Shown in pieces: positions 9,562 to 23,700 of a stretch of 64,000 nt of DNA (positions within the stretch are counted from its first letter, which is position 1; each line of letters begins with the position of its first letter). The notes beneath the pieces were generated by a model. The model searched no databases, was not told the origin of the DNA, and saw only the letters and a program-made list of their open reading frames with translations. Both the position numbers and the translations under genes were made by a program. The stretch covers positions 393,204,001 to 393,268,000 of the forward strand of contig CM097883.1 in assembly GCA_044892505.1 (NCBI GenBank), read 5' to 3'. The DNA comes from Schmidtea nova. Taxonomy: Eukaryota.

Positions 9562-11199
9562 ATTATATATCATTTCATTCACTTGATGGGTCATTATTTT
9601 CCTTGTCAAAACTCTATCTCGTCGCTGTCAAAAAAATTAGTCGTCATGTATTGTACCCTGAAACCCATTCAGGAATTCCTAATCGTCTCTACAAAAACTC
9701 GTATAAAATACCTGTGCTATCTGAATGTATCCTCACCTTATATTCGCTTGTTGATGTGAGATGGTGGTGGTATTCTATTGCACTACGTACGCGAAAATAC
9801 AAATCGAAATAGCTTTATCTTTATCATTACGTATTTTCGATGTCTGATGTATATGCAAAATACAATTGAAAGTTACTTTCATTTTTGTCAGCATGTGTGC
9901 TCAGTACTCTAATTTGATTTATCGTGCTTCTGCTTTTGTGCCAGTGTGTTATTACCTTCGGTTACTCCATTTTAAAAAACTGCCAAAATATGCTGAGCCC
10001 TATGTGTTACTTTTATCCATCCCATCCAATTAGCGCCGGTACGCCACACCACTCAACACTCCAGGAAGTGTGCGCCGGGAGGCCAATTATCGCCCGTCTG
10101 GTCACGAGACCATCGGGACGTGCCTTTATCGATTTTCATCATGCATGTATTGGAGGAAAATTATGGGTTTAACCGAAATAAATAAAATAAATAAACAAAT
10201 GATACCTGTATTGTTTCCAAATTGATTAAATAGTACAAGCTGCAATAAATTCACAAGCCAAAAGTAATGCTATAAACTTGTTCAACCAAACAAAATTTTA
10301 TCAAGGTATATGGTATAGATATAATATTTTTGAAAAGTGTGTCCTTGTAAGAATTTGACTGCCGCTTATATACTATTTTTCGTTTGCGGTCAGTCTATCA
10401 AAATCCGCCTACCTTCACATAATTGGCAGGTATTTATTGTTATATTGTATGTTAAATCGATTTTTAATTCCATTTTTGGGTAAATAATCCGTTAATTCTC
10501 ATTACTAGATTATTAGATTCGCCCATGGAATAACAAATTGGTTTTAATTCACATTTTATTTTATTATCTTTCTAAGTTTAAATATAGTTTCTGAGCTTGC
10601 CGATGTTATAATTTTCTAATCCAATTGATTTTAAACTCAATCCATTCCTCATGGCTCCCATCTGCTACGATATGGTTAATTTGTTATTATGCATTTTATT
10701 GATTATTTCTATTATCGTTTTAGATTTTCGGAGTTATTTATTAATTATTTCCCCTTCTTTATTTATTATTCTATTTAGTTGTGGATTCTACCCTTATTCA
10801 GGTGGCCCAACATAAATTTGAAATTTTTTTATAGAATTCTGAAATAAAAATTTCAGTATGACGTTATCAGTTACGTAATTATTGGTTGTAATAAAAATAG
10901 GACATGTTACGTAACATACTTAACTATATAATATTATCTAAGTTTTGTAAAACCCTTTAAAATTTATGGGCTTCTGTATAATTATTTCGTATATAGTTGA
11001 GGGATAAATGGCTTGTGCCAGAGTGCTTACTCCCCTTTACTAGCTAGTTCGACCGTGTAGTATTCAACGTTTAAAATAAATCGGAAACTGTATATCGAAA
11101 ATCTGAATACGACACTAATTCAAATTTAACAATAAATACCAATGAATGATTTAGGATATCAAGTTATTTCTTTTGATGCTCCTTTATTTTTGTCAAGCC

Positions 11200-11430
11200 A
11201 ATGTGAACAGAAATCAATGACTGATCTGAATAATCGCTTAGCAGTTCATATTGAACATGTTAACAATCAGTAAAATAAGACATTTCCAAGAAAACTTTGA
11301 AAGAAATACCAGAAATTCCATCATTTCAATTAACTAATCTTAAATGAATATGAAATCAATGACTTACAAGAAGCTTTATATATTCAATCGATTAGTTTGA
11401 CATCATTGACTATTACAAATAATAACTTAT
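11200..11430 (+). pseudogene. Possible intermediate-filament coil-1A fragment
   Basis: CEQKSMTDLNNRLAVHIEHV resembles the IF/lamin motif EKxxLxxLNDRLAxYIxKV; stops follow. Confidence 0.3.
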
Positions 11431-11579
11431 ATGCTGAAAAAAAAATGTCACACATTATTAAAAATAATCAAAAAGAAAGTTGTCATGGTAATGACACAAT
11501 CATTTCTTTAACGGTTCGTTTACGTTTGGTGTGTTTTAGACACCCCACGCTTTTTTCAAGCTGCTCATTTCTTAAACTG

Positions 11580-11968
11580 AAGTATATAACAGAACCGAAC
11601 GAGACGGTGAGAGCATATCTTTATCGACACATGATAAGATAATCACATAATGTTCACTTGAACCTGTTGTTGAAACGATGAAATGAGTATCTATTATTTC
11701 CTCTAAAGTCCCCAAGACTAATGGGCTTCCTTTAATATCCTCCAGCTTAGTGCGTTCTGCTTCTGTTTGATCTTTTTCAGTGTTCAAATGTTCTTGATTT
11801 TCAATTAATTCTTGTTAAGTGAGTAAATTATCTTTAATTCGTTTAAGTTTCATTTAGCGTAACAAGCATCGTGGATGAGGCATTATTGATGACAGTTTTC
11901 AACTATCGAAGATCCTTTAGATTGTTTTTTCTTACCAATTGTTGTAGGCAGTGGTGGTTGATATTTCA
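11580..11968 (-). pseudogene. PSMC1: 26S proteasome ATPase Rpt2 N-terminal fragment
   Basis: KYQPPLPTTIGKKK..LKRIKDNLL..EAERTKLEDIKGSPLVLGTLEEII..HFIVST..SEHYVIILSCVDKDML resembles PSMC1; stops and frameshifts, no AAA domain follows. Confidence 0.75.
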
Positions 11969-13329
11969 CCTGTTTATTCAGATCTCACTTTCTATCATTT
12001 GATTGTATTTGACATTATTAAAATAATTCGAAATATTAACATTTTACGATGCTAGAAAAAAATATTTATCAGAAGATTTTTAAAAATTTAAATGCTTTTT
12101 TCTGAACTTTAATAAACACTGAGTTAGTCTACATTCGAAGATTTCTAAAATATTTGCATATATTAGTTGATTTACTTACACCCCCAACTTTCTAATATGT
12201 GTATGAGATATACTATAAGATACATTGAACGCAGTTAAAATTGATGACTGGATCTATTCACACATTACGGTACAAAGAATGACTTACTCCTCGCCATACA
12301 TGATAAATCTTTGGAGTCAATCTCATGATTTGACTATTTATGGTGACCGCCATTAAGTTTAAAGGTTACTTTCAAACTCTAGAATTTAGTCACTCTACAT
12401 TCAAACCAAGAATTGAACTTTGGTTAGACTTATATATATTTATATTGTTAACGACAACTCTATGCTCGACTGCAAATTCGATGTGTGTAAGAATTGTGTA
12501 AATGTGAATGCGTGAGTGAATGGCTACTTATTTAACCCCCGTTCATTATTTTCTTTTACTGGATACAACGAGCCGACAGACGACAAAATTTGCTATTGCT
12601 GCAAATCAAGTTCTTAAAGGTTTTTTCTGCATTACTTTAGAAGAGGTCCTATTGGATAATCTTTTACAAGATGGTGTTCCTGTTAATGAAACAGTTGTGA
12701 AGGAAGAAGAGAATGTTGACTCTAGGGAAGATGAATATTTTTATTAATTGAATGAAGATTTGCTGACTGAAATAAAAAACCTCTTCCCGCAGAGGGGGAA
12801 GTTGTGAAAGTGACATGGATGAAGAGGATAATAACATTGTTGAAGCATCCTGTGGGCCAATTTGGGACGGAATTCAGCACTTACCCCACATGCTTCGGTT
12901 TATCAGATTCGCTTTTGCCTCAGAATTGATATTCAGACACAAATTCCTCGTCAATTCCTTATAGAACTCATCAATTTATTTTAAGTTTAACTTGTTTAGT
13001 TGTCTTATCTCTTCGGTTTCCGTAAATGATTTAACAAGTAGACTTTCCAAGGTCGTTGTTTGAATCATTAAAATTTGTCTCGACTAGAAAGGATTACGTT
13101 GAATGCAATTCCTCGAAATTCCCTTGAAAGTCTCGTTCAAATAAATACATAAAGCTGCCATAATTGATATTTGATCAGAAAATTGGAAATTGATATTTTA
13201 ATGGCGAATAAATATATTTTATTTTATAGTATTTTTCATTCTGTTGGGCAAAAACTAAATATTGTTTAAATGAAGCGATAACACCATAAGTAGAGAGCGC
13301 ATAAGATTCCAATTTAACCGAAACATCAA

Positions 13330-13520
13330 TTAAAACCGAAGTGGCAAAATGGAACCAAGCCAAAAACTAGAATGCACCAAAAGCACATTGAAAATTTACG
13401 TAGCAAACACATATAATAACCCAAATCTCAAGGGTGGAAAGATAAACATATTTTCAGAAGGAAGATTGCGATTTTGAAGGGCCTGAGTTCCAGCGTACCA
13501 AATTTGTACAAGCAATCATT
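13330..13520 (-). pseudogene. Possible Cys-loop receptor TM2-TM3-like fragment
   Basis: SQSSF*KYVYLSTLEIWVIICVCYV loosely resembles SRASLPKVSYVKAIDIWMxVC; stops present. Confidence 0.2.
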
Positions 13521-14234
13521 CACATGTATTGATAGGAATTAAAAACTGTCAGGTTTTGTATAAGTTTAAGTTAATTTTTCAATGGCAATGTTCTGGCCAC
13601 ACTTTTGTTATTACATAAAATTTATTTATCTAACTATATATCGGGTCGATAACTGGTCTCTTAAAGAGAACATGTTATCTTTTTTTAAAAAAATATTTAT
13701 TGTTCATCCTTTTTTATTATTTATATAAATGTCCTCTTTTTAAAATTTTACTAATTTATAATTATTTAAAAATGCACAAATGATAAAGTTTCTCTCTAAA
13801 TTTGAAATGTAAATAAACAACACTATTTTTATTGTGTAAAAGTAAAAAGCATGTGACTTGTGAATATGATTCGTAACTATGTGATTGCATGTAAAAGCAT
13901 GTCACTTTGTTTTCTAACAGTTAATGTCATTCTTGTTGACATGTAGGTGAATTGTTAATGTTTGTTAATTTTCTCTGATTCAGTAAAAAAAGAAATTATT
14001 TAAAAAACTGCCAAAATATTCTCAAAATATCCTAATTAACATATTTTCAGATGATTGCGAATACCCACCCATTTGTTGCATTACCAACGTTACATTGTGA
14101 CGGGCAACAAGATTGTTAAATTAATGTTTTGTATGTTAAGTTGTTGATGTGAGCCATAGCAACGTCAAGGTCGTATTGACGGTCAACAACCCACCATATA
14201 AATGTTTTTAAAAAAACATCAAAATTCTAAATCG

Positions 14235-14340
14235 GAGGCGAATTATCTTGGATAATGAGGGTAGACCCATTGACACATTCATCCTATCTAAATATTATAG
14301 GACAAGGCCAAATAGATAACGAGTTAATAGAGTGCATGTC
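14235..14340 (+). repeat. Degenerate coding-like repeat (ILDNEGRPIDTFILSKYYRTRPN), homologous to 18065-18170
   Basis: Manual translations of both loci align: LDxEGxPIxTF...KYYRTxPN..RVN. Confidence 0.55.
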
Positions 14341-17300
14341 ATCACCGCCCAAAAAATCTCATCGTCGTAATACCAATCCAAATCCCCAATTACCATCAAT
14401 CCAACATTCACAAACAATTCAAACCCATTCAATGATCAAACCAAATTTGTAGAGCATAAATTTAGAACAATTTATGTGATAATTCATGACAATATCTTAT
14501 AATTAAGCAATGATCATATTAACTGATTGATCTTGCAAATCATGTGACAATTCTTTTTGATTTTATTGTGTTCGATTTTTATGGAATTTTATTATGTGAA
14601 TGTTTTATTTCTTAATTAATTCATGTAAATATTTTATTAGTCCAAACAATTTATTAAATTCAAAACATAATTTATTTATTTTATAGTGATATTATCGATC
14701 GATTGTTTGATTTTAATTGTAAATGGAAATAAAATGATTTTTTTAGTGACAACATATACATGTCGAATTATTGAACAATATTTTTTGGAAAATATAAATG
14801 TAAATATCAAGCGATTTCACTTAAGTAATTACAAACATGTGTTGAGATAGAGAAAATAATACCTTTGGAAATGAAATGTCAATAAATAATTCATTTTTTA
14901 AAGTGACTTCATTAACAGATGTCACACCGAGAAAATAATATAAATAGGAACCAAAAATTCAGACATTCACCTGCAAAAAAATATTTTAAACTTCACGCTA
15001 AAATATTCTTAGACGGACTCAAGGAAATCTAGTTCAATCTTCAAAATCAAAATTCAGTAACATTATTAAATAATTATCAAAATTTAAAAAAGTATATTTA
15101 TATATAAATAATAAAAAAAGAACAAAAATATTTTCTTAAAAATAGACCTATTAGTAACCCAAGACGGAAAGTGGACTAAAGAGAGAAAAAACTTAAAATT
15201 TCCACTATAAACGGAATTCTAAAGGTAGTTTATAATTATAAAATTATTTCGTGTATTGATTTTTATTGAGGATTATTTTATAATCGAAAATTTCGCATTT
15301 AATAAAATTGTTTTTGCAGCAAAGGCTTATATTCTTACTTATTAATTTATGAAATATAAGAAAATAATAAAATACTACACGAAATCATTAGTGTGGATAA
15401 ATACAAAAAATACGAAAGTTAGGATGATGAATAAAAAAATGACTAAATTTAATTTTTAAATTTTTATGTGCAATTAGAATTTGTTTTGAAGTTACCAATC
15501 TTATATAATTATTGTGAAAAACGTGAATTCGAATAAGTTTATAAAGAAAATAAATTTATTTAAAAAATGTTCTCTTTTATTTGTATTCAACAGTTAGCAA
15601 CCCTAATTATATATTAAAATACTTACATTTATACAATGCTTTTTGTAAAACATTATTTACCGGAACTATATTTTTATAATTCTATAATAGAAGGAATTTT
15701 AAAAATGATATAGAAAATGAATTTAATTTATTGAGTAATTATATTTTATAAGATTTAAATAAATTTTAAAATTACAAGGTTTTCCAAAGAACTAATATGT
15801 TTTCATTCTTTTTATCACTGTTTATAATATTATCTTCCTAAATTTAAATAAATTATAAAAATTAGGATTTAATTCTTTTAAAGTTCAAAAATTATATTCT
15901 ATAGTCTTTGCAATCCATGACAAAACAAGAAAATCTAAAAAATATGGAAAAATGACTAAGTAAAAATCGATAATTTCTTCAATTTAATAAAAAATTGATT
16001 TTTTAATTTTAATTTCTCGGCTTCGTAACTTGCCGATCAGCAAAAATTTACATTAACGAACCTAATGAACCGGTAAGTTTAATTTTAATGTATTTTTTTA
16101 TTTTTTTAATTTTATGTCAGGTCTTTAACTTTTCAGATTCAGAAGGTTGCCAGTATTATCTTTAGTTTGGATTCGATTTATTGGATTTCATTCATGGAGT
16201 TCAGTTTATGTTCAACAGAATACGCCAAAACCTGAAAGTTCTGAAAATCAGAAAAAATTCAACTTAAACGTTAGAAAATTGAACACTTGTGTTTTGACAT
16301 TGAAATATTTTTTGAGTGGAACAATTAATAAGAATCACTAGTCTAGTTTTCTCTCCTGACTCTTCCCACCATCAATGCATAGTATTAGATAGTATAGAGT
16401 TGTTTATATGAAGACGATATTGATATTGACACTTAAACTTGCTTGATGCACAGTTATGGATATTAATAAAGCGCAATTCATTTTATCATTGATTTGTGCA
16501 AATTGTTATAATTTTAATTTTGTAATATTCTAAGCGATTGTCTTTATATTTCATATATCATATTCATCATATATTAACTTAATTGAAATATTTTTTTCGC
16601 AAATAGATCCTTTCAGAAACAAAACAAAATGCAATAATAATTTATTTCTAAATAATAAGTCATGATTCATTTCAAACTAGAAATAATAGAAATATTTTAG
16701 AAGGATTTTGTTTTTCATGGTATACTATTTTGTAAAAAATTTGTGTGAGATAGAAATTAAATCATTTTATTTTTATATTAATTACCGTTGATCGATCAGA
16801 AATCAATAAAAAACAACTATAAAAGTAAATATATTTTCAGTGTTAATTGCCAAAGATTTCCTGCGCTTTATTCAGCAAATATCTTTTGAGATACTAGTGA
16901 AAATTTGTTAAGTAAATGAGAATGGTAAGATAAATAGTAAAACAATTAAATGTAATTAAAATAGTTAGATTTAATGAACACATTTTTAATTTATATTTTT
17001 AAATATCTTATTATTAAAATATTATTGTTTCTATCCTACTATACATACAAAAGTATAAATAAAATTTAAATGCAAAATCATAAAGAAATTCTGGGAAATT
17101 AATTTAAATTCTTAAAGTAACTTAACTACAAAAAATTATTTAAAAATTTAAAAATCAATATTCGGGGGAAAGTTTATGAGCGCGTGTAAACTGAAATTAA
17201 AAATGAATGAGGGCCCTCGGCAATGCAGCTGCAAAATTAGAAACTAATTAATTAAAATATTACTGTTGACATAAATCACTTCAGTAGTAAGACAAAATCA

Positions 17301-18064
17301 CCGAGCTTGATAAGTGTAATAGAGGCTTGTCGAATGGCGACATAACATTTGAAAACTTTACTGTAATGATTCAAATGACAGATGAAAAAAATGATTGATA
17401 ACGTTCGCAGATAAATATGATTAATGTCAGAGTAGCTCTATATAAAAGAAGGCAAACTTGACTAAACTTACCATATTAATCGAAAAAGTAAATTGAATAA
17501 AAATGATTCAGAAGGGTTGCTTAAATATTTACTATTAGATTTATAAGTATTTTATATTAAAACAGTTTGAGGTGGTTCTCCTTAGAATTACAAATATAAA
17601 AAAGCAAAATAATAATTTTGTATTGAAGTGAACAAATAAATCATTGAACTACATTGTGATGTTAATTAGTAGAGTGAATTATGAAAAAGTTATAAAAAAT
17701 AAAACTTAATTGTGTTTGGTCTTCTTTATGGAACGAGGCAGTGTCACTCAATCTCAATTAGTTCGCGACATCCTCAAAGGTATAAGGATAAGGTAAAAGA
17801 ATAAGGTATAAGAATAAGGACATGTGATTGTAACTAAATTCCTACTAGAATTATTATGTTGTACATGTAGTCTGATGCATACAGACACATAGGAAAGCAA
17901 CATATATTTTTAAAGATTAAATTTTCTGATCATTTTGCAACCAGATTTGGTAGCAAGAAACTGATTGTAAAAAGACCGGTTATTGAATAATTTTCTTTAA
18001 ATCTTCGTCGTTGTTTATTTTGACAAGTCAGTGAATATAGCTGAAGCAAAAACGTTCAAGTGAT

Positions 18065-18170
18065 ACTTATGTTAGATGACGAGGGGAAACCCATCACTAC
18101 ATTCAGGATAAACAAATATTACCGGACTGGACCCAACAAATACAGGGTCAATATTTGTGTAGAAAATATT
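18065..18170 (+). repeat. Second copy (MLDDEGKPITTFRINKYYRTGPNKYRVN)
   Basis: Aligns by eye with 14235-14340. Confidence 0.55.
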
Positions 18171-18930
18171 GATGTAGCTGTAAGAAACCCGTGTTCAATT
18201 ACCTAAATCAATCTTCATTGAATTATATTAAACATTATATTCAGAAGACAATATCATCAATCAGCATCCATAACCCAATCGTCGATCAATCATTGAATTC
18301 TACATGAACAGTTACGAACAATCATTTATCTCCCCATTATTTATTTTTGCGAACAATTATTGTATAAATTATTCTATTTTAGAGGTTATTTTATTTTAAT
18401 TATTTTATTTTGCAAGCAATTATTATTTGTGAGCAATTATTGTACAAATTATTATTTTATTTTACTTATTCTATTTTGCTAATAATTATAATTATTTTGT
18501 AAAAAAATTTTTGTATTTTGTGAACTTTTTTTTGTGGTGGGAGTTGTGGTTAGTAGAAATATTGATTATCTCGTTAAGGAGTGGCTTGGTGGAAATGTGT
18601 TGTTTTTGTAAAATGGGAATATTGATTTGTTTGAAGTATTGGTGACTTATGTTATAATAACAGCTGATTTCAATGGCAGAAAAATCCAGTATAAATACTG
18701 GACCAAAATTAATAAAAAATGGCCCACAAAATCACTTTTAAAATTAGCGATTAAAAGGTAGCTAGGTATTCTAGCTCTCTTATCAAATTAAAGACAGATT
18801 TAACGTAAAAGTTAAAGTCGCATTTTTATTGTAAACTAATTTAAGCTTATTTCTGTAGAATCGATATAATTTTCAAATATAAAGGTGTGTAGAATTTTTG
18901 ATTTAATAAAGTTTTGTTTATTTATTCATT

Positions 18931-19077
18931 NNNNNNNNNNNNNNNNNNNNNNNNNNNNNNNNNNNNNNNNNNNNNNNNNNNNNNNNNNNNNNNNNNNNNN
19001 NNNNNNNNNNNNNNNNNNNNNNNNNNNNNNNNNNNNNNNNNNNNNNNNNNNNNNNNNNNNNNNNNNNNNNNNNNNNN
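18931..19077. other. Assembly gap (N); other gaps at 33615-34307, 50168-50316, 56106-56375, 57368-57516
   Basis: Runs of N. Confidence 1.
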
Positions 19078-19571
19078 TGAGATCGAGAATAGTAAATATT
19101 CGAGACCTCAACACTTAGTGTGAAAAAAGTCATTTCTTTAAATTTATAATGAAAGAGATCCAGAAAAAAATTATTATATTAGAAGTTTTAGTTGAGTAAA
19201 AAATCAAACAAATTAAAAGTTAATGAAATAAAGCGTTCTAGAACGCAAATCTATAAAGATGCATCAACATTGATTACAGATGCTGGGTTCATGGTGGGGT
19301 CAGATTGGACGATTCTGATAGTGGCTAGGGATTCCCCATCCATGACCATACATAAATGTTTGCTATTCACACTCGAGCGCCCTTGATAATCAAGTTGGTG
19401 ATGCGCAAGGTGGTTAAACAATGATTAGCAGGTGAGCTCTATTGCTAGAACTACTTCCCATTTATGTGTACGGGTCCATGCTGCCGTAGAAGGACTTACG
19501 CTATTTGATTTGTTACGAAAATGTTTGATTCTTTTCGATTTATTTTACTATGTTGCTTGTAAATTTTTTTA

Positions 19572-20006
19572 TTAATTACGAAAAAACGAAAAATGGAAGA
19601 CAAAAAAACAATTTGGTAACACCCAACCGATACTTTTCCTTATTTTTTCGACGGAGCCTTTTACGACCGTGGGCTCCATCGGACTAGAAGGGTGTATTGT
19701 ACTCAGGCCGTCGGTATCGGTACTGACCGAACAAGCCACTTTCTGTTCCCCTACCCATCTCTGGTAGGTAATCGGTCGAATCTGCGATCGCAATTTTGAG
19801 TCTATGAAGGATGTCGTCACGGAATGGAGACAGTGGCGTAATTCTATCTTTGTCGCTTCCCATTCCGTGCGGTAGTCGTCTGCGGTTTTCTGTGCTCGGT
19901 CCGTCAGACTCATTTGCTCCTTCATACGAGCAGGGGCAAACCAGTTCTTTCGCAAGTATTGGATTTGGGCTTCGGCTTTAGTCAGTTGTGCTGTTACCTG
20001 TGTCAA
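19572..20006 (-). CDS. Unknown repeat-borne ORF-B (WFxPAxMK family)
   Basis: Aligns by eye with 38163-38546 and 49619-49890 (WFxPAxMK..KIEL..CL..QIR.IT..RW). Confidence 0.55.
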   Translation of the reverse strand: MTQVTAQLTKAEAQIQYLRKNWFAPARMKEQMSLTDRAQKTADDYRTEWEATKIELRHCLHSVTTSFIDSKLRSQIRPITYQRWVGEQKVACSVSTDTDGLSTIHPSSPMEPTVVKGSVEKIRKSIGWVLPNCFFVFHFSFFRN

Positions 20007-20263
20007 TTCCTTTTTCAGAGCTCGACGAATCCTCCAAGCTTTATCTAACTCCCGCGGTTGACTTGTTTATGGATTCATGCTAAATATTAAATGCATTTTT
20101 ATTAGGGGGAAATTTCATTTTTAGTGGCTGCATAAGATGACAAAACTTCAGGTCCATTATGTGGACGTTGGAAAAGAAAACGAGAACTAAAATCAACACA
20201 ATTTAATACGCAATTCAAAGAACATTTTATTGATTTATCATTACACCATCGTTAGAATAAACA

Positions 20264-20752
20264 TTAAATCTTGGTTCCACGCACGGGGAAAATATGTAGT
20301 CCTCGATTGATTGGAGCTCGTCGAATGTGAGCTAACGAAAAGTTGAGCCTGTGGCGTTCTTGGACAGGTTGCGGCAAGTTGCATAGATTCAATCCCAATT
20401 TTAGCAACTCGTGTGGCGAGATGTATCTCCCATATATCGCCGTTACGGGATTTCCTTCGGAGTCCGTTAAGACTATTACGAGCGATGCTGCAGTTGCATG
20501 GTATCCTTTGTCGGAAGTCGGCCATCCTGGGCCTCCTCGATATAGTATTCGGTCCTGACCATTATTCCAGATGGAAAATGGGCACTTTCTTCCCAGTTCC
20601 CGTCTCCATTTGTACATCAAGATGTTGAGGGTTCTCATGATTTCGTGAGGCAGAACTTTCAACTCTCGCTCTTTGTTCAACATCATAGGGCTGGCTGTCG
20701 TCGCCGAATGTCGTTGAATCGCTAGAAATTGCTCCACTGCTTGTCGTTCCAT
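20264..20752 (-). CDS. Unknown repeat-borne ORF-A (PFS..N..D.I.Y.G...WP family)
   Basis: 162-aa open ORF; homologous degenerate reading at 48930-49285 lies in the same order relative to ORF-B. Confidence 0.55.
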   Translation of the reverse strand: MERQAVEQFLAIQRHSATTASPMMLNKERELKVLPHEIMRTLNILMYKWRRELGRKCPFSIWNNGQDRILYRGGPGWPTSDKGYHATAASLVIVLTDSEGNPVTAIYGRYISPHELLKLGLNLCNLPQPVQERHRLNFSLAHIRRAPINRGLHIFPVRGTKI

Positions 20753-23700
20753 ATGGATAATTCGACTAAGTATTCATCATTTAATTCTAACAAATAGGAG
20801 GTTATTTTCAAATTTTAGGGAAACCAGAGGGCCCTATGCCCGCAATTAAATAAGGTGGAAAGTGTCCAGGTTGAGAAAAAAATATACCAACCAAATGGTA
20901 TTCGTTCAACACTGCCGCTATATACAGCGATCAGAATAATCTAATATTGGACGTTAATATTTACCTGCGTTATTTACAGCGATCAGGTTAAAAATTTTAT
21001 TTGTCTACATTTAATCATCAGGTAATCACTCAATTTTAATTTTTGTTTATTCGCCTGGATCTAATCGTTATGAATAATGACGAAAATTTGTCCTGTAACT
21101 GTGTCCTTTATGTAGGGTGTCCGGATATATGTCGTTGCATGGTTGATCAGGACTATGTTAAAAAATTCGTGATGGTAGAATTCTCGACCAACATACCGTG
21201 CATAACAATTTCGGCTGATTCATTTACTCTTGCATGTAACGAGATTCGTTAGATTTGTGAATGCGCAAAAATTCGATCAATTCATTAAGATTTATCGTAA
21301 AATCAGCTAGGTTGATCATATTGTATCTACTATTTGACGACATATTTTTAAACTTTAAACTAGTACGACCTCATGCAATGTGCAGCTCTGACTCAATCTA
21401 ATTTCGAATTCGCGCAGGGTTTAAATCAAATCTGACCTCTCAAAAATAAAAAATATGAAAACTTCGCTCACCATCCGTGGAATGGTAAAGTCCCACAATA
21501 ACGACTTGCTCCCTCGCAGCGTGAGCTACGGATGAAGCACATCTATTCATAATAATAATAGTAAAATAATAATGAACTAATTCATATAAAGTATATTAAT
21601 CAAACCATAGAGATAAAATCATGGAAACAACAATACATCAAAAACTAAAATTTACTTTCAAACGCTGGATCGGAATATTCTAAAATTTCAAATTTAATGC
21701 TCTAAACTCGATGAATATACTGTAGCAAACAAAAATTCTCTAGATAAATTCTCAAAAATTAAATTGAATTCTAACTTTGTGATTTTCGGATCGGTATTTG
21801 TACTGATCCAGTTGGTCAGATTGACCAATCAGGATCAGGCCGTCCATCAAAGCCTGTCTATTGTTTTATTCTATTGTAAATAATATTTTATTTCCGATTC
21901 AGGTTTCTTGCTGGGTGGTCCTGATTTTCGAAGTAATAATTCAATTAATTGTACTTTTATTTTATTTTATTCTTAATTTTTCTGTTTCAGGCCCCCTGTT
22001 GCTTGTTCTAGTGTAAATTTCAAAACTTTCTCTTTGCTGGTAATTTATTTATTATTATTTATTTATTTAATTCTGGTTTTTAATTCAGATTTCCTATGTT
22101 TTTGGTAATTATTATTTTCATTTTTTGTTTTAATCGTATTATTATTTTTGTCTCACTTGACGGGCCCAACAGACAAAAATAATAATTTAAATATCAAAAT
22201 CAAAATCGCACGACCTAAATGAATTTTTCAAAACTAAGACCCTAACTCGTTGATTGTGTTTATTATTTTTGTCGTATTAAATAAATTTGTGTTTTACTTT
22301 ATTTTCTCATGTTACAGGTTCTTATTTTTTAGTTAGATTTAATTGTAAGGTCCCAAATTTTCATTAATATTAATATTTTAAGTTTTATATAGAGAAGGGC
22401 AATGAGTTTTCAATATTCCTGTCCAGCATGAGTATTTAATTATAGAACAAATCTGAAAGTAACATAACCTTCCAAGTGTTCGCCTAAGCTAAAGTGTGCA
22501 TAGAAGGTCAACGAATAACGACAGAAAATCACTTTTAGGAATGGTCACCCGCATGTTTAAATGATAATAAAATAAGTGAGTTTAGATCACAGTGCTAAAA
22601 TCAAAGAAACCAGACACGGTAAAATCACTGTTTAATTTTCCAGGAAAATACTATTTTATAGTATGACAAAATAATCTGTTAAATTTGACTTTAAGTGAAA
22701 TGAAAAATAAGTCACGCACAACATTTTGACATAATAAACTTTTTTGATAAAAGTGTATGGGACAATAAATCATTTCTAAATTTAATCTGCTATAACCAGG
22801 GAGTTTATACTTCACCTTTCCTTAGCTTTTTTTGTGGAAAAAATGAGAAGTTAGAACGTTCAACATTATGTGTTAATTTGTAAGGCGAGATGTGTAAATA
22901 GATTCGGATTTATTTATTATCTGTTTATCTAGCTGTCCAGTGATTTTGATTGCATTTCATAAATGTGTGTATGCATGTCTCGAATATGTTACACATTTCT
23001 CTTCTTATAGGAAAATGAATTTAGAAACGGTGTAATATACATAAAATAACTCATAAATAGAAAGTAAAATATTTGATCATGATTTTACTTAATTAATAAA
23101 AAAATAAAGCACAGAAAGTTTTAACAATATCAATATTGGATAAAAACTGTATGTGGAATTGCTTGGCTCTCTGCAACGTGAAGTGAATATTTGAAATATT
23201 TTTTAAGATTAAATTAAAAAAATATCTGATGAACAAATTACCCAACTTATTAATCGCCTAACTCTACATAGGCTTTCAGAAAATTGTGTTAATTATAATT
23301 ATTATTGTTGGGTTTATGTAAATGAGTACAAATAAATTTAAAATCACAAAAATTTGAGTGAAAAATCAATTAAAATTCAGTAAAGTTAATTTTAATTTTA
23401 AAATCAATTTCAAATGCAGAAGGTTAATAAAAATTTGTCTGAGGAAGCATGAAAAGTTGTAGAGGAATATGGTAATTTCATATCAATGGGATATTTTTGT
23501 ATTGATAGTGGTAATAGTTTGGTGATGAAATTTAGAGACATAATAAATGAGATTTTGGAAATCACTTATAGTTTTATGAAAATAAGATATAATATTGCTT
23601 CCTTCGAATATAAGAAGATGGAACTGATAACATTTGCTAGAATGTTCAGAGAAAAATGATGATTGTAGTGCGCATTACAAGTCCTGAATAGTTGTATAAT

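Noticed and set aside
12600-12900. Acidic stretch resembling a piggyBac N-terminus
   Set aside because: No catalytic motifs or TIRs nearby; too weak to call.
14051-14116. LDLa-like CDGQQDC after an AG acceptor
   Set aside because: Cysteines lie in different frames, there is a stop, and no neighbouring exons were found.
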